Source of the DNA: an uncultured Verrucomicrobiae bacterium
GTDB taxonomy: Bacteria; Verrucomicrobiota; Verrucomicrobiia; Chthoniobacterales; UBA10450
DNA: 64,000 bases
Reading direction: 5' to 3'
NCBI GenBank assembly: GCA_963735805.1
Contig: CAVTMK010000002.1
Coordinates: forward strand, 576,001 to 640,000
Positions 49,280 to 59,307 of this stretch are shown piece by piece. Position numbers and translations under genes: made by a program. Each line of letters begins with the position of its first letter. Position 1 is the first letter of the stretch. Below the pieces are notes generated by a model. It was not told the DNA's origin and did not search any database. It saw only the letters and a list, made by a program, of their open reading frames with translations.

Positions 49280-50731
49280 ATGAGAATTCTGATGATAAGC
49301 GCCGAAGGGCCGCCGCTGCAGCGAACGGCCGCGCTGATCGACGTTATGGACGCGTTACCGGCTGCGTTGCGTGCCCGCGGGCACGAAGTGTGTGTGCTTC
49401 TTCCGTTCTACAGGGAGATCCGAGAAAACCGCGCATTCAAGAAACAGAACACTGGGATCGCTGTCGATGTGCGGGTGGGCGACAAAGTTCACGTTGCCCG
49501 GTACCTCGAGGCTCGAAGCGCCAGTGGCGTGCAGTTATTCCTGGTTCGTTGCGATGAATTTTTCGATCGCGAGGGAATTTACGGAGAACAGGGCAAACCC
49601 TACGAGGACAATGCCTCGCGATTCATCTTTTTTTGCAAGGCGGCGCTGGAGTTATCTCGCCGATTGACACCGCAAATACAGATTCTGCACGCGCATGATT
49701 GGGCGGCGGCACTTGTACCGGTGTTCGTGCATGCGCAGGGACTGCCGTTCAAGACGGTGTTGACTATTCATCATGTTGCTGATCAAGGCAGTTTTTGGGG
49801 ACTCGATTTCGCGCTTACAAATCTGCCGGAGCAGTTTTTCACGCTGCACGGCGTCGAATTCTTCGGCCGTCTGAATTTTCTCAAGGGTGGGATTTTGTAT
49901 GCCGATAGGATTACAACGGTAAGCGAACATTATCGGCGCGAAATCCTGATGCCATCCGGCGGTTACGGTCTCGATGGAGTGTTGCGCGAAAATGCGTCTC
50001 GCCTTAGCGCCATTTTAGATGGCGCCGATTACAAAATCTGGAATCCGGCGTCGGATCGTTTGCTGCCGGCGCGTTACGATGAAAAGAAGTTTCGCGGGAA
50101 AGAGGTCTGCCGGGATGCACTGCTCAAGGAAATGAAACTTGCATCCGGGCCGAGGGGTCCGGTCTTTGGCATGGTGACTCGCGTCGTTCATGAAAAAGGT
50201 TTCGAAATTCTGGTGCCGGTCCTGGATCGACTCTTGTGGGATGATGTGCGCTTGATCATCCTCGGCGAAGGTGATCCGGCATATGAAACCTCGCTTGCGG
50301 TCGCAGCCAGAAAATTTCCAACAAGGTTTGCATATCAAAAAGATTACGACGCAAAACTGGCGCACCTGATCCAGGCAGGGATGGACATCAGCCTGCTCCC
50401 ATCTCGGTTCGAGCCGGCTGGTCTGAGCGCCATGTATAACTTAAAGTATGGAGCTCTTCCCGTGGCGCGCGCGACCGGTGGTATTCACGAGATCATCGAA
50501 GACTACGATCCGAATTCGGACAGCGGTTACGGTTTCCTTTGTTACGAATATTCAAGCGAAGCGTTTTGGGATGCGATTAAGCGCGCCCGGCAAATCTTCG
50601 GCGACGGGAATCTCTGGACCAAACTGATGAAACGGGCAATGGCGCGCAATTTCTCGTGGGACGCATCTGCGCAGCGCTACGAAGATCTATACAGAGAACT
50701 GGTTGGCACGGCCGACCAAGCAGCAGCGTAA
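49280..50731 (+). CDS. glgA: Glycogen synthase-like GT5 glycosyltransferase
   Basis: HAHDW, LKGGI..AD.ITTVS, EKG, PSRFEP, ATGG; N-terminal KTGGL is degenerate. Confidence 0.8.
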   Translation: MRILMISAEGPPLQRTAALIDVMDALPAALRARGHEVCVLLPFYREIRENRAFKKQNTGIAVDVRVGDKVHVARYLEARSASGVQLFLVRCDEFFDREGIYGEQGKPYEDNASRFIFFCKAALELSRRLTPQIQILHAHDWAAALVPVFVHAQGLPFKTVLTIHHVADQGSFWGLDFALTNLPEQFFTLHGVEFFGRLNFLKGGILYADRITTVSEHYRREILMPSGGYGLDGVLRENASRLSAILDGADYKIWNPASDRLLPARYDEKKFRGKEVCRDALLKEMKLASGPRGPVFGMVTRVVHEKGFEILVPVLDRLLWDDVRLIILGEGDPAYETSLAVAARKFPTRFAYQKDYDAKLAHLIQAGMDISLLPSRFEPAGLSAMYNLKYGALPVARATGGIHEIIEDYDPNSDSGYGFLCYEYSSEAFWDAIKRARQIFGDGNLWTKLMKRAMARNFSWDASAQRYEDLYRELVGTADQAAA

Positions 50732-50821
50732 TCTGTAGACTGGGGCATTGCCGGGCGGATCAAGCTTTCGCTTGTCAAACCGGCCTATCTGTGGAACTTT
50801 GCGCGGCTTTTTCCCCGACTC

Positions 50822-51172
50822 ATGGCTTACGCAATAATTAAGACTGGTGGCAGGCAGTTTCGCGTCGCGGAAGGCGACACGATTGATGTCGATCTTCTGG
50901 ATGTCGAGTCTGGCAAGACCGCGATTTTCGGCGAGGTCTTGATGTTTGCCGACGGAAAAGACGTGACCTACGGGAGCCCGCTGATTTCCGGGGCGAAGGT
51001 CACAGCTGAAGTTCTGGAACAGCGCAAAGACAAAAAAGTCGTCGCGTTCAAGTACAAGCGGCGGAAGGGTTATCACCGGACGGTTGGCCATCGCCGCAAA
51101 TTGACGCGGGTGAAAATCAAAAGCATTAGTGTCGGAGCGAAAAAGACGGCAACCAAAAAGAGCGAAGAGTAA
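50822..51172 (+). CDS. rplU: 50S ribosomal protein L21
   Basis: YAIIKTGGRQFRV...FKYKRRKGY..GHR. Confidence 0.96.
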   Translation: MAYAIIKTGGRQFRVAEGDTIDVDLLDVESGKTAIFGEVLMFADGKDVTYGSPLISGAKVTAEVLEQRKDKKVVAFKYKRRKGYHRTVGHRRKLTRVKIKSISVGAKKTATKKSEE

Positions 51173-51208
51173 AACGCTCAATGCCCGGCATCCAACGTCG
51201 AACCGAAT

Positions 51209-51466
51209 ATGGCTCATAAAAAAGGACAAGGCAGCGTTAAGAACGGCCGGGACAGTGTCAGCAAGCGCCTGGGTGTCAAAAAATTCGGCAGCGAAATAGT
51301 TGTCGCAGGCAATATCATCGTGCGCCAGCGAGGGACAAAATTCTTGCCTGGAAAAAATGTGGGCCTTGGCCGGGATTACACGATTTTTGCGCTAATTGAT
51401 GGAAGCGTGCGCTTCGATCGAGCCGGGCGCCGTGTTAACGTCGATCCATTGGTGACCGGGAACTAG
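51209..51466 (+). CDS. rpmA: 50S ribosomal protein L27
   Basis: [16 protein letters not shown]...RQRGT. Confidence 0.97.
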   Translation: MAHKKGQGSVKNGRDSVSKRLGVKKFGSEIVVAGNIIVRQRGTKFLPGKNVGLGRDYTIFALIDGSVRFDRAGRRVNVDPLVTGN

Positions 51467-51522
51467 TCGGGCCGATTCTGCTTCCCCGCGCCAGCCGCCT
51501 TCGGTATAAAAGCGTTCCGCTC

Positions 51523-52122
51523 ATGAGATATAACACTTTTATTCTTTTTGGCGCGCCGGGCAGCGGCAAAGGCACTCAGGGCAAAACACTCGGGACGATC
51601 CCGCGTTATTATCACTGTGCCTGCGGCGATGTCTTCCGTTCGATCGACACACGCACCAAGGTCGGCAAGGCGTTCCTTGAATACTCGAGCAAAGGCCAGT
51701 TAGTCCCGGACGATATTACTGTGGAGCTTTGGCGGGAGGCCATCGACGCGGCCGTGGAAGCGCACAAATTTAAACCGGATATCGATACCCTGGTGTTGGA
51801 CGGTATTCCGAGAAACGTTGGGCAGGCCAGGATTATGGGGGAAATGATCGACGTGAAAAAAGTGTTTCATCTTGCGTGTCCAAGTCGCGAGACGCTTTTT
51901 TACCGGCTCAAAAAGCGTGCGCTGAAGGACAACCGGCTGGATGATGCAAATGAGCAAGTCATTCAACGACGTCTCGATGTTTACGAGAAGGAATCGAAGC
52001 CGGTGCTCTCATATTATACACAGGAGCTGGTGACCGTGGTTGACGCAACGCAGCCGCCCGCGAAGGTTCTGCTCGATATTCTAAAGAGCGTGAACGGCGT
52101 GTATGAGCCAGCAGCAGTTTGA
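51523..52122 (+). CDS. adk: Adenylate kinase family protein (short LID)
   Basis: GAPGSGKGTQ, GQLVPD, LDGIPRN, R.DD. Confidence 0.82.
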   Translation: MRYNTFILFGAPGSGKGTQGKTLGTIPRYYHCACGDVFRSIDTRTKVGKAFLEYSSKGQLVPDDITVELWREAIDAAVEAHKFKPDIDTLVLDGIPRNVGQARIMGEMIDVKKVFHLACPSRETLFYRLKKRALKDNRLDDANEQVIQRRLDVYEKESKPVLSYYTQELVTVVDATQPPAKVLLDILKSVNGVYEPAAV

Positions 52123-52351
52123 AAATTTCACGGCTTCCAGCCTCTATTGTGAAAAATGCAAAGCCGCTATGCCCGTGCGGGAGCGGTTGCTTTTAGTCCT
52201 GCCCGACAAAGAGATTTTCGATTATCTTTGCACTGGCTGCGGATCGTCCGTGGGCCGGCGTGAGATTACGGCTGGCGAAAAACTAATGGCGCAAGCGGTG
52301 GCGGGACGACGTGGGCGTCGCTCCACGGTAGTACGTCAACTCACGCCGTAG
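52103..52351 (+). CDS. Small zinc-ribbon protein
   Basis: CEKC...CTGCG; overlaps the adk stop and ends just before fmt. Confidence 0.7.
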   Translation: MSQQQFENFTASSLYCEKCKAAMPVRERLLLVLPDKEIFDYLCTGCGSSVGRREITAGEKLMAQAVAGRRGRRSTVVRQLTP

Positions 52352-52356
52352 TCGGC

Positions 52357-53265
52357 ATGCGCATTGTTTTCATCGGCACGGGCGATATCGGCGTGCCGAC
52401 GCTGCAAGCTTTACTGAAATCGGAGCACGATGTTGTTGGCGTCGTGACCCAACCTGATAAACCAGTCGGGCGCGCCCAATTAATCGAGGCGCCGCCGATT
52501 AAAAAAGCGGTTTCCACAACGAAGATACCGGTCTTGCAGCCGCCTCGGATCAAAGAGCGACAAGCGATCGAGGAAATTCGTGCGCGAACACCAGAAGCGA
52601 TCGTTGTCATGGCTTATGGGCAAATTTTGCCGCGCGACGTTCTCGAAGTTCCAAAGGTTGCCTGCTTGAATCTGCACGCGTCACTTTTGCCGCGTTGGCG
52701 CGGCGCCGCACCTGTTCAGGCAGCGATCGCCGCGGGCGACCGCGAGACCGGCATCACCGTGATGTACATGGATGAAGGACTCGATACAGGCGACATCCTA
52801 TTGCAGCGCGCAATTGACATTTCGCCTGCCGACACGGGTGGATCGTTGCACGATCGACTGGCAAGTGTTGCTCCTGAAGCGCTACTCGACGCCTTGGACT
52901 TGCTCGCGGAGGGAAAAGCGCCACGCACTCCGCAGGACAAGGCGTCTGCGACTTACGCTCAGAAACTGAAACGCGAAGACGGCAAGATCGATTGGTCGGG
53001 TCCAGCTGACGAGATCGAGAGAAAAATTCGAGCGTTCAATCCGTGGCCAGGCGCGTTTATGGAATTCGACGGGCGCAATCTGAAAATCTTTTCCGCCGGG
53101 ATCGTCGCTCATCGCGGAACGCCCGGAAAAGTAACGCGCAGCGAAAACGAACTCGTAGTTGCAGCTGGTGAAGGCGCGTTATCGCTCGGCGAAGTGCAAC
53201 TGGAGGGAAAGCGGCGCATGACTGCCACAGAATTTTTGCATGGACACCGCAAGCAGTCATCCTGA
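52357..53265 (+). CDS. fmt: Methionyl-tRNA formyltransferase
   Basis: TQPDKPVGR, NLHASLLPRWRGAAP, GLDTGD. Confidence 0.95.
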   Translation: MRIVFIGTGDIGVPTLQALLKSEHDVVGVVTQPDKPVGRAQLIEAPPIKKAVSTTKIPVLQPPRIKERQAIEEIRARTPEAIVVMAYGQILPRDVLEVPKVACLNLHASLLPRWRGAAPVQAAIAAGDRETGITVMYMDEGLDTGDILLQRAIDISPADTGGSLHDRLASVAPEALLDALDLLAEGKAPRTPQDKASATYAQKLKREDGKIDWSGPADEIERKIRAFNPWPGAFMEFDGRNLKIFSAGIVAHRGTPGKVTRSENELVVAAGEGALSLGEVQLEGKRRMTATEFLHGHRKQSS

Positions 53266-53375
53266 ACGAAGGAGAGAACATCACAAAAGGCGCTACCCTT
53301 GCACGATTGTATCTTCCTTCTGTGATGAGTTAGCCTCTGTGAGACTTCACGCCGTCTTCCACGGCTCAGGATGAC
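53256..53375. repeat. Palindromic repeat family A (supplies the fmt stop codon)
   Basis: GTCATCCTGA...TCAGGATGAC terminal inverted repeat. Confidence 0.72.
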
Positions 53376-53431
53376 AGTCGTGTTTATGCTTTCCAAGATT
53401 GATATCTTCTGTTGATCATTGTGATTCACTG

Positions 53432-54172
53432 ATGCAAACCGAGCAACCGGCGTACAAACGCATCGTTCTTAAGCTAAGCGGCGAGGCAGTGCAGGAACGC
53501 GGCGGGCGCGACAACATTTCGCCAATAGTCGTGCGTGACATTGCTGAACGGATTAAAGAAGTTCGCGATCTGGGAGTCCAGGTCTCCGTCGTCATTGGAG
53601 GCGGAAACATTTGGCGCGGTATATCGGCGTCGCATCGAGGCATGGACCGCACAACAGCGGATTACATGGGCATGCTCGCAACTGTAATTAACGCACTGGC
53701 GTTACGGAGCACACTTGATCAGATGGGTATCGAGACACGTGTCCAGTCGGCGATCGACATGAGAAATGTGGCCGAACCATTCATCCTGGGACGCGCTATT
53801 CGCCATCTCGAACTAGGTCGCATCGTTATATTCGCTGCTGGCACAGGCAACCCCTACTTCTCTACCGACACAACGGCGGCACTGCGCGCTAGCGAGATTC
53901 GTGCCGAGGTGATCCTGAAAGCGACCAAGGTTGACGGTGTATATGATCGCGACCCAAATAAATATCCGGACGCACGACGCTTCGATCAGCTCACTTTTTC
54001 TGAAGCGCTCGCGAAACGGCTGCAAATTATGGATTCGACTGCGTTCAGTCTGTGTATGGACAATAAAATACCAATCGTTGTGTTTGACATGAATAACCCC
54101 ACCAACATTCGCGACGCCGTGCTTGGACGAAAAGTCGGAACGCTGGTTTGCGATGAACTTCCATCGAAGTAA
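53432..54172 (+). CDS. pyrH: UMP kinase
   Basis: [30 protein letters not shown]. Confidence 0.96.
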   Translation: MQTEQPAYKRIVLKLSGEAVQERGGRDNISPIVVRDIAERIKEVRDLGVQVSVVIGGGNIWRGISASHRGMDRTTADYMGMLATVINALALRSTLDQMGIETRVQSAIDMRNVAEPFILGRAIRHLELGRIVIFAAGTGNPYFSTDTTAALRASEIRAEVILKATKVDGVYDRDPNKYPDARRFDQLTFSEALAKRLQIMDSTAFSLCMDNKIPIVVFDMNNPTNIRDAVLGRKVGTLVCDELPSK

Positions 54173-54184
54173 CACTTCAACGAT

Positions 54185-54745
54185 ATGAGTAGAGACGACA
54201 TTCTTCTGGAGGCCGAGTTGTCGATGGACAAGAGCGTCGATTACATGGTGCATGAATTTGCCGCGGTGCGCACCGGCAAGGCTTCCCCTGGCCTAGTCGA
54301 AAACGTCGATGTGCATGCTTACGGATCGGCCATGAAGCTTAAGCAGCTTGCCTTAATCACGACTCCTGAACCCCGTTTGCTCGTTGTTCAGCCTTTCGAC
54401 GCTGGCACGGTGCAGGACATCGAAAGGGCGCTCAAGGAATCGAAGATCGGCATCACGCCGGCGGTTGACGGGAAAATCATTCGACTGCCGATCCCGGAAC
54501 TATCAGAGGAACGGCGCAAAGAACTGGTCCGCTCCCTGAGCAAAATGGCCGAGGAAGCGCGCGTACGCGTACGCGCCAACCGTCGCACTGCACTGGATGA
54601 AGCGAAAAAACTGAAGGCCGCAGGCGGCCTGACCGAGGACGGCTTTCGCGATGTTGAAGAAGAAGTGCAAAAACTGACCGATCGTTTCGTGAAATCAGTT
54701 GACGATCATCTCAAGAACAAGGAAGCGGAGATCTTGAAGGTCTAG
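54185..54745 (+). CDS. frr: Ribosome recycling factor
   Basis: RTGKAS, PELSEERRKELV, VQKLTD. Confidence 0.96.
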   Translation: MSRDDILLEAELSMDKSVDYMVHEFAAVRTGKASPGLVENVDVHAYGSAMKLKQLALITTPEPRLLVVQPFDAGTVQDIERALKESKIGITPAVDGKIIRLPIPELSEERRKELVRSLSKMAEEARVRVRANRRTALDEAKKLKAAGGLTEDGFRDVEEEVQKLTDRFVKSVDDHLKNKEAEILKV

Positions 54746-54923
54746 TCGGTCTCGATTCTCAGCCGGAGTTCCGACTATCTGTTAGAAAAATTTGATACCG
54801 ACTGCAGCGTTTTCCTCTCGCCTAGTGAGCCAGTGGTGATAGCGCGATGCCACTTCAGCGAACGAACCAGGAATTCGACTGTTGGTTCAAGCACATCGAG
54901 GACGAGTAACGGCTGTTTTCCAA

Positions 54924-55295
54924 TTAGACAGCGAAACTTTCCCCGCAGGAACAGTGCGCGACCGCGTTTGGATTGGTCACTTTAAAGCCGCCTTTTTGCA
55001 GATCTTCGCTATAATCGAGCACCGAGCCACTGACGAAAAGCGCGCTCTTTGGATCGACAACGAGGCGAACGTTTGAGATCGGCACGAGGATATCCCGTTC
55101 TTTCGGGGCATCCACCAGATCCATCACGTACTGCAGCCCGGAGCATCCGCCCCCGACCACGGCAAGACGCAAAGCGCCGTCGGGCTTGCCTTTTTCCTGA
55201 AGTAGCGACTCCAATTTGCGAGCTGCGCTCTCGGTAATTCGGATCAGGCGTTCGTTCCCAATCTTGTAGTTAGGAGTCGGTGTCTCTGTACTCAT
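54924..55295 (-). CDS. A-type Fe-S carrier (IscA/HesB family)
   Basis: GGGCSGLQY and NPNA..CSCGESF. Confidence 0.92.
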   Translation of the reverse strand: MSTETPTPNYKIGNERLIRITESAARKLESLLQEKGKPDGALRLAVVGGGCSGLQYVMDLVDAPKERDILVPISNVRLVVDPKSALFVSGSVLDYSEDLQKGGFKVTNPNAVAHCSCGESFAV

Positions 55296-55310
55296 TCAAT
55301 GGGATTGGCG

Positions 55311-55832
55311 TTAGTCGTGTGATTTTTGCGTCGTTGTACGAAGCAATTTGGCCACTTCGTTTTGGACTGTTTCCAGTTCGTCCAACCGCAATTGTGGATC
55401 AGGAACGACGAAGACATCACCGGTTGAAGGTTGCTCATAAATCAAAACGCGTTTCTCGTTATCGCTGGACTCAGTCTTCACTTGTTTCAAGACGCGTTTG
55501 CGTTCGAGCATTGCGGCGAGAACATAGCAAGCATTTGCAGGCGGATTTTCGGATGCAACCAAGCGCCGAAAGAGTTGTTCCGCGTTTTCGCTTGGCAGAG
55601 GCTCGGGCGGCTTCGGAGGCACTGGCTCGTAGCGTGATTTCCAAAATGAAAACGGCTGAATGTTTTCGTTCCGATTTTGCCAGGCTTCCTCGCTCAAATC
55701 CTCGCGCCGATAGCCATCGGCGCCGTGATAGAGCAGGGTGTAGAAGTATTCCCCCGGAACAAACGGCCGATGCGTCACGGCACAGACATCGGCCCTATGT
55801 GTGATTGCCCATTCATTTGGAAGCGCGTTCAT
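55311..55832 (-). CDS. Conserved hypothetical protein
   Basis: Operonic between the lptF/G-family and iscA-like genes; YVLAAMLERKRVLK. Confidence 0.7.
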   Translation of the reverse strand: MNALPNEWAITHRADVCAVTHRPFVPGEYFYTLLYHGADGYRREDLSEEAWQNRNENIQPFSFWKSRYEPVPPKPPEPLPSENAEQLFRRLVASENPPANACYVLAAMLERKRVLKQVKTESSDNEKRVLIYEQPSTGDVFVVPDPQLRLDELETVQNEVAKLLRTTTQKSHD

Positions 55833-56968
55833 CGTGATACCATACGACGCTGGGGGAAGAGATTAAGACTCGGCGGTTCGCGGTTAGACGCGCGGAGATA
55901 AAGCAGATACAGCCCGATCGCGGCGAAGAGAAGATTCGGCGTCCATGCCGCCACCCATGGAGAAACACGGTCACCCTCGCCGAGCGCCAAAAACAGGTGC
56001 ACCAGGAAGTTCATCGAAAAGACAAGAAAAACCGCAGCGGCGACACTCGATAACACACCCCGGCGCGAATAGCCGATTCCCAGCGGAGCGGCAATGCAGA
56101 CAACAACCAAGCAGGTCCACGGCAGAGCAAGCCGATACTGCAGATGTGTGCGAAATGGCGCGAGCAACGTAACGGGAAAATCTGCGTTAAAACGCAAATA
56201 CTCTCGTAACTCTGGCAGGCTTAAAAATTCCGCGCGTTCATTTGCGCTGCCGAGCCGGAAGGGAGTCTCACTCCAGTGTTCGATCTTGAGTGAAGGATAA
56301 ATCTGCTCGTCAATGATATTTCCTGAATGATCATAGTGAACGACCTTTACGTTTTCCAAATCCCAGGTTTTGGTCTCGGCACGGTAGGAAGCGCGAGTTG
56401 CGACATAATTTGTAACGATATTGTCGTTCGCATCCTGTTGGAGTACCTGAACGTTATTGAACGTATTGCCGCGAGGAAGGAAATTCTGAATAAACCATGT
56501 GCGTAAGTCGGTGCGATTACGAAAAATTTGCCCCTGGATGTATCGACTGGGACGTGCCTGCGCTTCGGAAAGAAAGTTTTTGCGGGCCAGTTCTGCATGA
56601 GGAGCAAGCGAATAATTTAGCGCCATGCTCGCTCCCACGGTGAGCAGACCCATGGCGATCAACGGCCGCAGAACACGCGGAAGGCTTATACCCGCAGTGA
56701 GCATGGAAACAATTTCGTTGGCCCGCGACATTCGGCCCAGAGCGAAAAGGAGCGACAGCAAAAGCGAAACGGGAAGCAGAATGATCAAAACCTGCGGAAT
56801 TTGCGTTGCGTAATAACGAGCGACCAGAAGGAGACTGACGTGCTCGTCGATGAACGTCGAAATATTATCGCTCACGTCGAAAATGAGCCAGATGGAGATG
56901 AAGCCCGCGATGCAGTAAAGATATACCTGCAAGAAATTGCGAATAACGTATCGGTCGAGAAGTCTCAT
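55829..56968 (-). CDS. LptF/LptG family LPS export permease
   Basis: MRLLDRYV, NEIVSMLTAGISL, AAWTPN; 3+3 TM layout. Confidence 0.9.
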   Translation of the reverse strand: MRLLDRYVIRNFLQVYLYCIAGFISIWLIFDVSDNISTFIDEHVSLLLVARYYATQIPQVLIILLPVSLLLSLLFALGRMSRANEIVSMLTAGISLPRVLRPLIAMGLLTVGASMALNYSLAPHAELARKNFLSEAQARPSRYIQGQIFRNRTDLRTWFIQNFLPRGNTFNNVQVLQQDANDNIVTNYVATRASYRAETKTWDLENVKVVHYDHSGNIIDEQIYPSLKIEHWSETPFRLGSANERAEFLSLPELREYLRFNADFPVTLLAPFRTHLQYRLALPWTCLVVVCIAAPLGIGYSRRGVLSSVAAAVFLVFSMNFLVHLFLALGEGDRVSPWVAAWTPNLLFAAIGLYLLYLRASNREPPSLNLFPQRRMVSR

Positions 56969-57150
56969 TGCGATTTAGTTCGTTTCGTCCCAACTAGCGT
57001 ACTCAAATCAACAACGCGTGCCACATCACAACAGAAAGGAATGTCGAACAATCAAATGACGAAAGATAGTGGGGCTGTTTTTTCATCAGTCTGGCATTGG
57101 GCTTCATTGGTCATTCGTCATTTGGTCTTCGTCATCTGTTGTTGGACGTC

Positions 57151-59133
57151 ATGATCGCACTGAAGAACAGCTTGGGCGGCGAGTTTGTCGAACGTGTCGG
57201 CGCGTTTTTCTCGGAAAACGGCCCGTTATCAAAGGCGAAGAATTTCGAATTCCGTCCACAGCAGCAGGAAATGGCGACGTCCGTAGCCTCTGCGCTGGAA
57301 GAAGAGAGACATTTGGTAATCGAAGCCGGAACCGGTGTAGGCAAATCCCTGGCTTACCTTGCGCCGGCGATTTTGACGGCAATCGAGCAGCACAAAAAGG
57401 CAATCGTCTCTACTCACACCATTAATCTTCAGGAGCAACTCCTTTACAAAGATATCCCCATTTTGAAGAAGATTCTCCCGGTCGAGTTCAATGCTGCGTT
57501 GATTAAAGGGCGTCAAAATTACCTTTGTCCACGACGACTGGAACGCGCGCTCCAGCAGGCCAACGAGCTTTTCACCGGGCCGGAGCAAAACGAACTGAAC
57601 AGGCTGACGGAGTGGGCGCGCACCACGCGCGACGGTTCGCTTAGCGATTTCTCGGTCGAGCCTGACCCGAAAGTATGGATACAGGTCTGTAGCGAGGCGC
57701 ACATTTGCACACAAAAAACGTGCGGCCAGGATCCGCGCTGTTTTTATCAGCAAGCGCGCAAACGGCTGATGGCAGCCGACGTTTTGGTGATCAATCACAC
57801 ACTGCTGTTCATTCTTTTGATCAGCCCCGAGGTGCAGCAAGAACGCGACAGCGGGTTCATTTTCCCGAATGATTTCCTCGTTTTGGATGAAGCGCATACA
57901 GTCGAACAGGTCGCCTCCCGGCAGATTGGCATCGGCGTCTCGCAGTATGGGCTGAGATCGACAATTCAGCGGCTCTACAACGCCCGAACCCGCAAGGGTC
58001 TGTTCACCGTGACACGCGATGCGGAGGGCGTAAGGCTCGCGGCGGAATTGGTCGATGACGCAGAGAAGTTTTTTGCCGCGGTTGAATCGAAATGCGACTT
58101 CAAGAAAGGCCGCGAATTTCGCGTTCGGGATGCGGAGCTCGTTTCCGACACGATCACCGGTCGCCTGACAAACTTGCAGGCGCGCATCGCCGAAGTCGTA
58201 AAACGAACGGACGACGAGTTTCTAAAAGCCGAATTACAGGAATACGGTAGACGAATTCATGACGCCCGCGCTGGTATCGGAGCGTTTCTTGAGCAAAACC
58301 GCCGCGAACATGTTTATTGGGTGGAGCGCACAGGGAAGACAGCGCAATTTCTTACGCTCAAAGCCGCTCCGATCGATATGGCGCCGGAACTACGTCGGAT
58401 GATTTTTCGCGATAATTGTTCGTGCATCATGACCAGCGCGACACTCTCGGTAGGTCGCACGGATCTAGCTTATTTTCGCCAACGCGTCGGTGCAGACGGA
58501 GCGGAAGCTGTGCTGCTCGGCGGTCCGTTTAATTTTCAGAAGCAGATGAGAATGTTCATCGTGAGGAAAATGCCCGATCCGCGCGAGGCTAAATACGAAG
58601 AAGCGCTGGAACATTGGATCGCGCATTTTCTCGAGAAGACCGACGGCCGTGCGTTCGTTCTTTTCACAAGTTATCGAGGCATGCAACAGCTGGCCGAGCG
58701 AATGGCCCAGTTCTTTTCGCAAAAGAAATTCAATCTGCTGTTGCAGGGGGGCGGCTCGCCGCGCGGAAAACTTCTTGACCAATTTAAGACCACGCCACGC
58801 AGCGTTCTTTTCGGGACCGATAGTTTTTGGATGGGCGTCGATGTCCCGGGCGAGGCGCTCTCGAATGTGATTATTACGCGTCTGCCTTTTGCGGTGCCCG
58901 ATCATCCACTGGTGGAAGCGAAACTGGAACTAATCGAGGAGCGCGGTGGCGATCCGTTCACTGAATATTCGCTGCCGGAAGCGATCCTGAAACTCCGGCA
59001 AGGGGTAGGGCGCTTGATCCGAACAAAGAACGACCGCGGCATTATTGTTATCCTGGACAATCGTATCGTGACCAGACCCTACGGCCGCGCCTTCCTCCAA
59101 GCGCTACCGAAATGCCCGGTGGAAATAATTTGA
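57151..59133 (+). CDS. DinG/YoaA family ATP-dependent helicase
   Basis: RPQQ, EAGTGVGKS, KGRQNYLC Fe-S Cys, DEAH, TSATL, QGVGRLIR. Confidence 0.92.
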   Translation: MIALKNSLGGEFVERVGAFFSENGPLSKAKNFEFRPQQQEMATSVASALEEERHLVIEAGTGVGKSLAYLAPAILTAIEQHKKAIVSTHTINLQEQLLYKDIPILKKILPVEFNAALIKGRQNYLCPRRLERALQQANELFTGPEQNELNRLTEWARTTRDGSLSDFSVEPDPKVWIQVCSEAHICTQKTCGQDPRCFYQQARKRLMAADVLVINHTLLFILLISPEVQQERDSGFIFPNDFLVLDEAHTVEQVASRQIGIGVSQYGLRSTIQRLYNARTRKGLFTVTRDAEGVRLAAELVDDAEKFFAAVESKCDFKKGREFRVRDAELVSDTITGRLTNLQARIAEVVKRTDDEFLKAELQEYGRRIHDARAGIGAFLEQNRREHVYWVERTGKTAQFLTLKAAPIDMAPELRRMIFRDNCSCIMTSATLSVGRTDLAYFRQRVGADGAEAVLLGGPFNFQKQMRMFIVRKMPDPREAKYEEALEHWIAHFLEKTDGRAFVLFTSYRGMQQLAERMAQFFSQKKFNLLLQGGGSPRGKLLDQFKTTPRSVLFGTDSFWMGVDVPGEALSNVIITRLPFAVPDHPLVEAKLELIEERGGDPFTEYSLPEAILKLRQGVGRLIRTKNDRGIIVILDNRIVTRPYGRAFLQALPKCPVEII

Positions 59134-59153
59134 GCCTGCCTCATTTAGAAGGC

Positions 59154-59253
59154 TGTCATTCCGAGCGAAGCCAAAGGCGAAGTCGAGGAATCTCTCGATG
59201 TCTGGGATTGAATGCGAGAAATCAGAGATGCCTCGACTTCGCTCGACATGACA
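59154..59253. repeat. Palindromic repeat family A
   Basis: TGTCATTCCGAGCGAAG...CTTCGCTCGACATGACA. Confidence 0.72.
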
Positions 59254-59265
59254 ATGGTGGAGAAA

Positions 59266-59279
59266 TGTTCACTTGAACA
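59266..59279. promoter_or_regulatory. LexA (SOS) box upstream of imuB-C/dnaE2
   Basis: TGTTCACTTGAACA, identical to 37933..37946 including flanks (AATGTTCACTTGAACATAT vs ...CATATA). Confidence 0.85.
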
Positions 59280-59307
59280 TATTTCTCGGGCGGCTTAATT
59301 TGAGCGC

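Noticed and set aside
57040..57135. Short degenerate GTCATT/AATGAC repeats upstream of the helicase (similar tract near 60350)
   Set aside because: Low-complexity intergenic short repeats; no defined ncRNA structure I can support, so the ORF extension from 57097 was also dropped.
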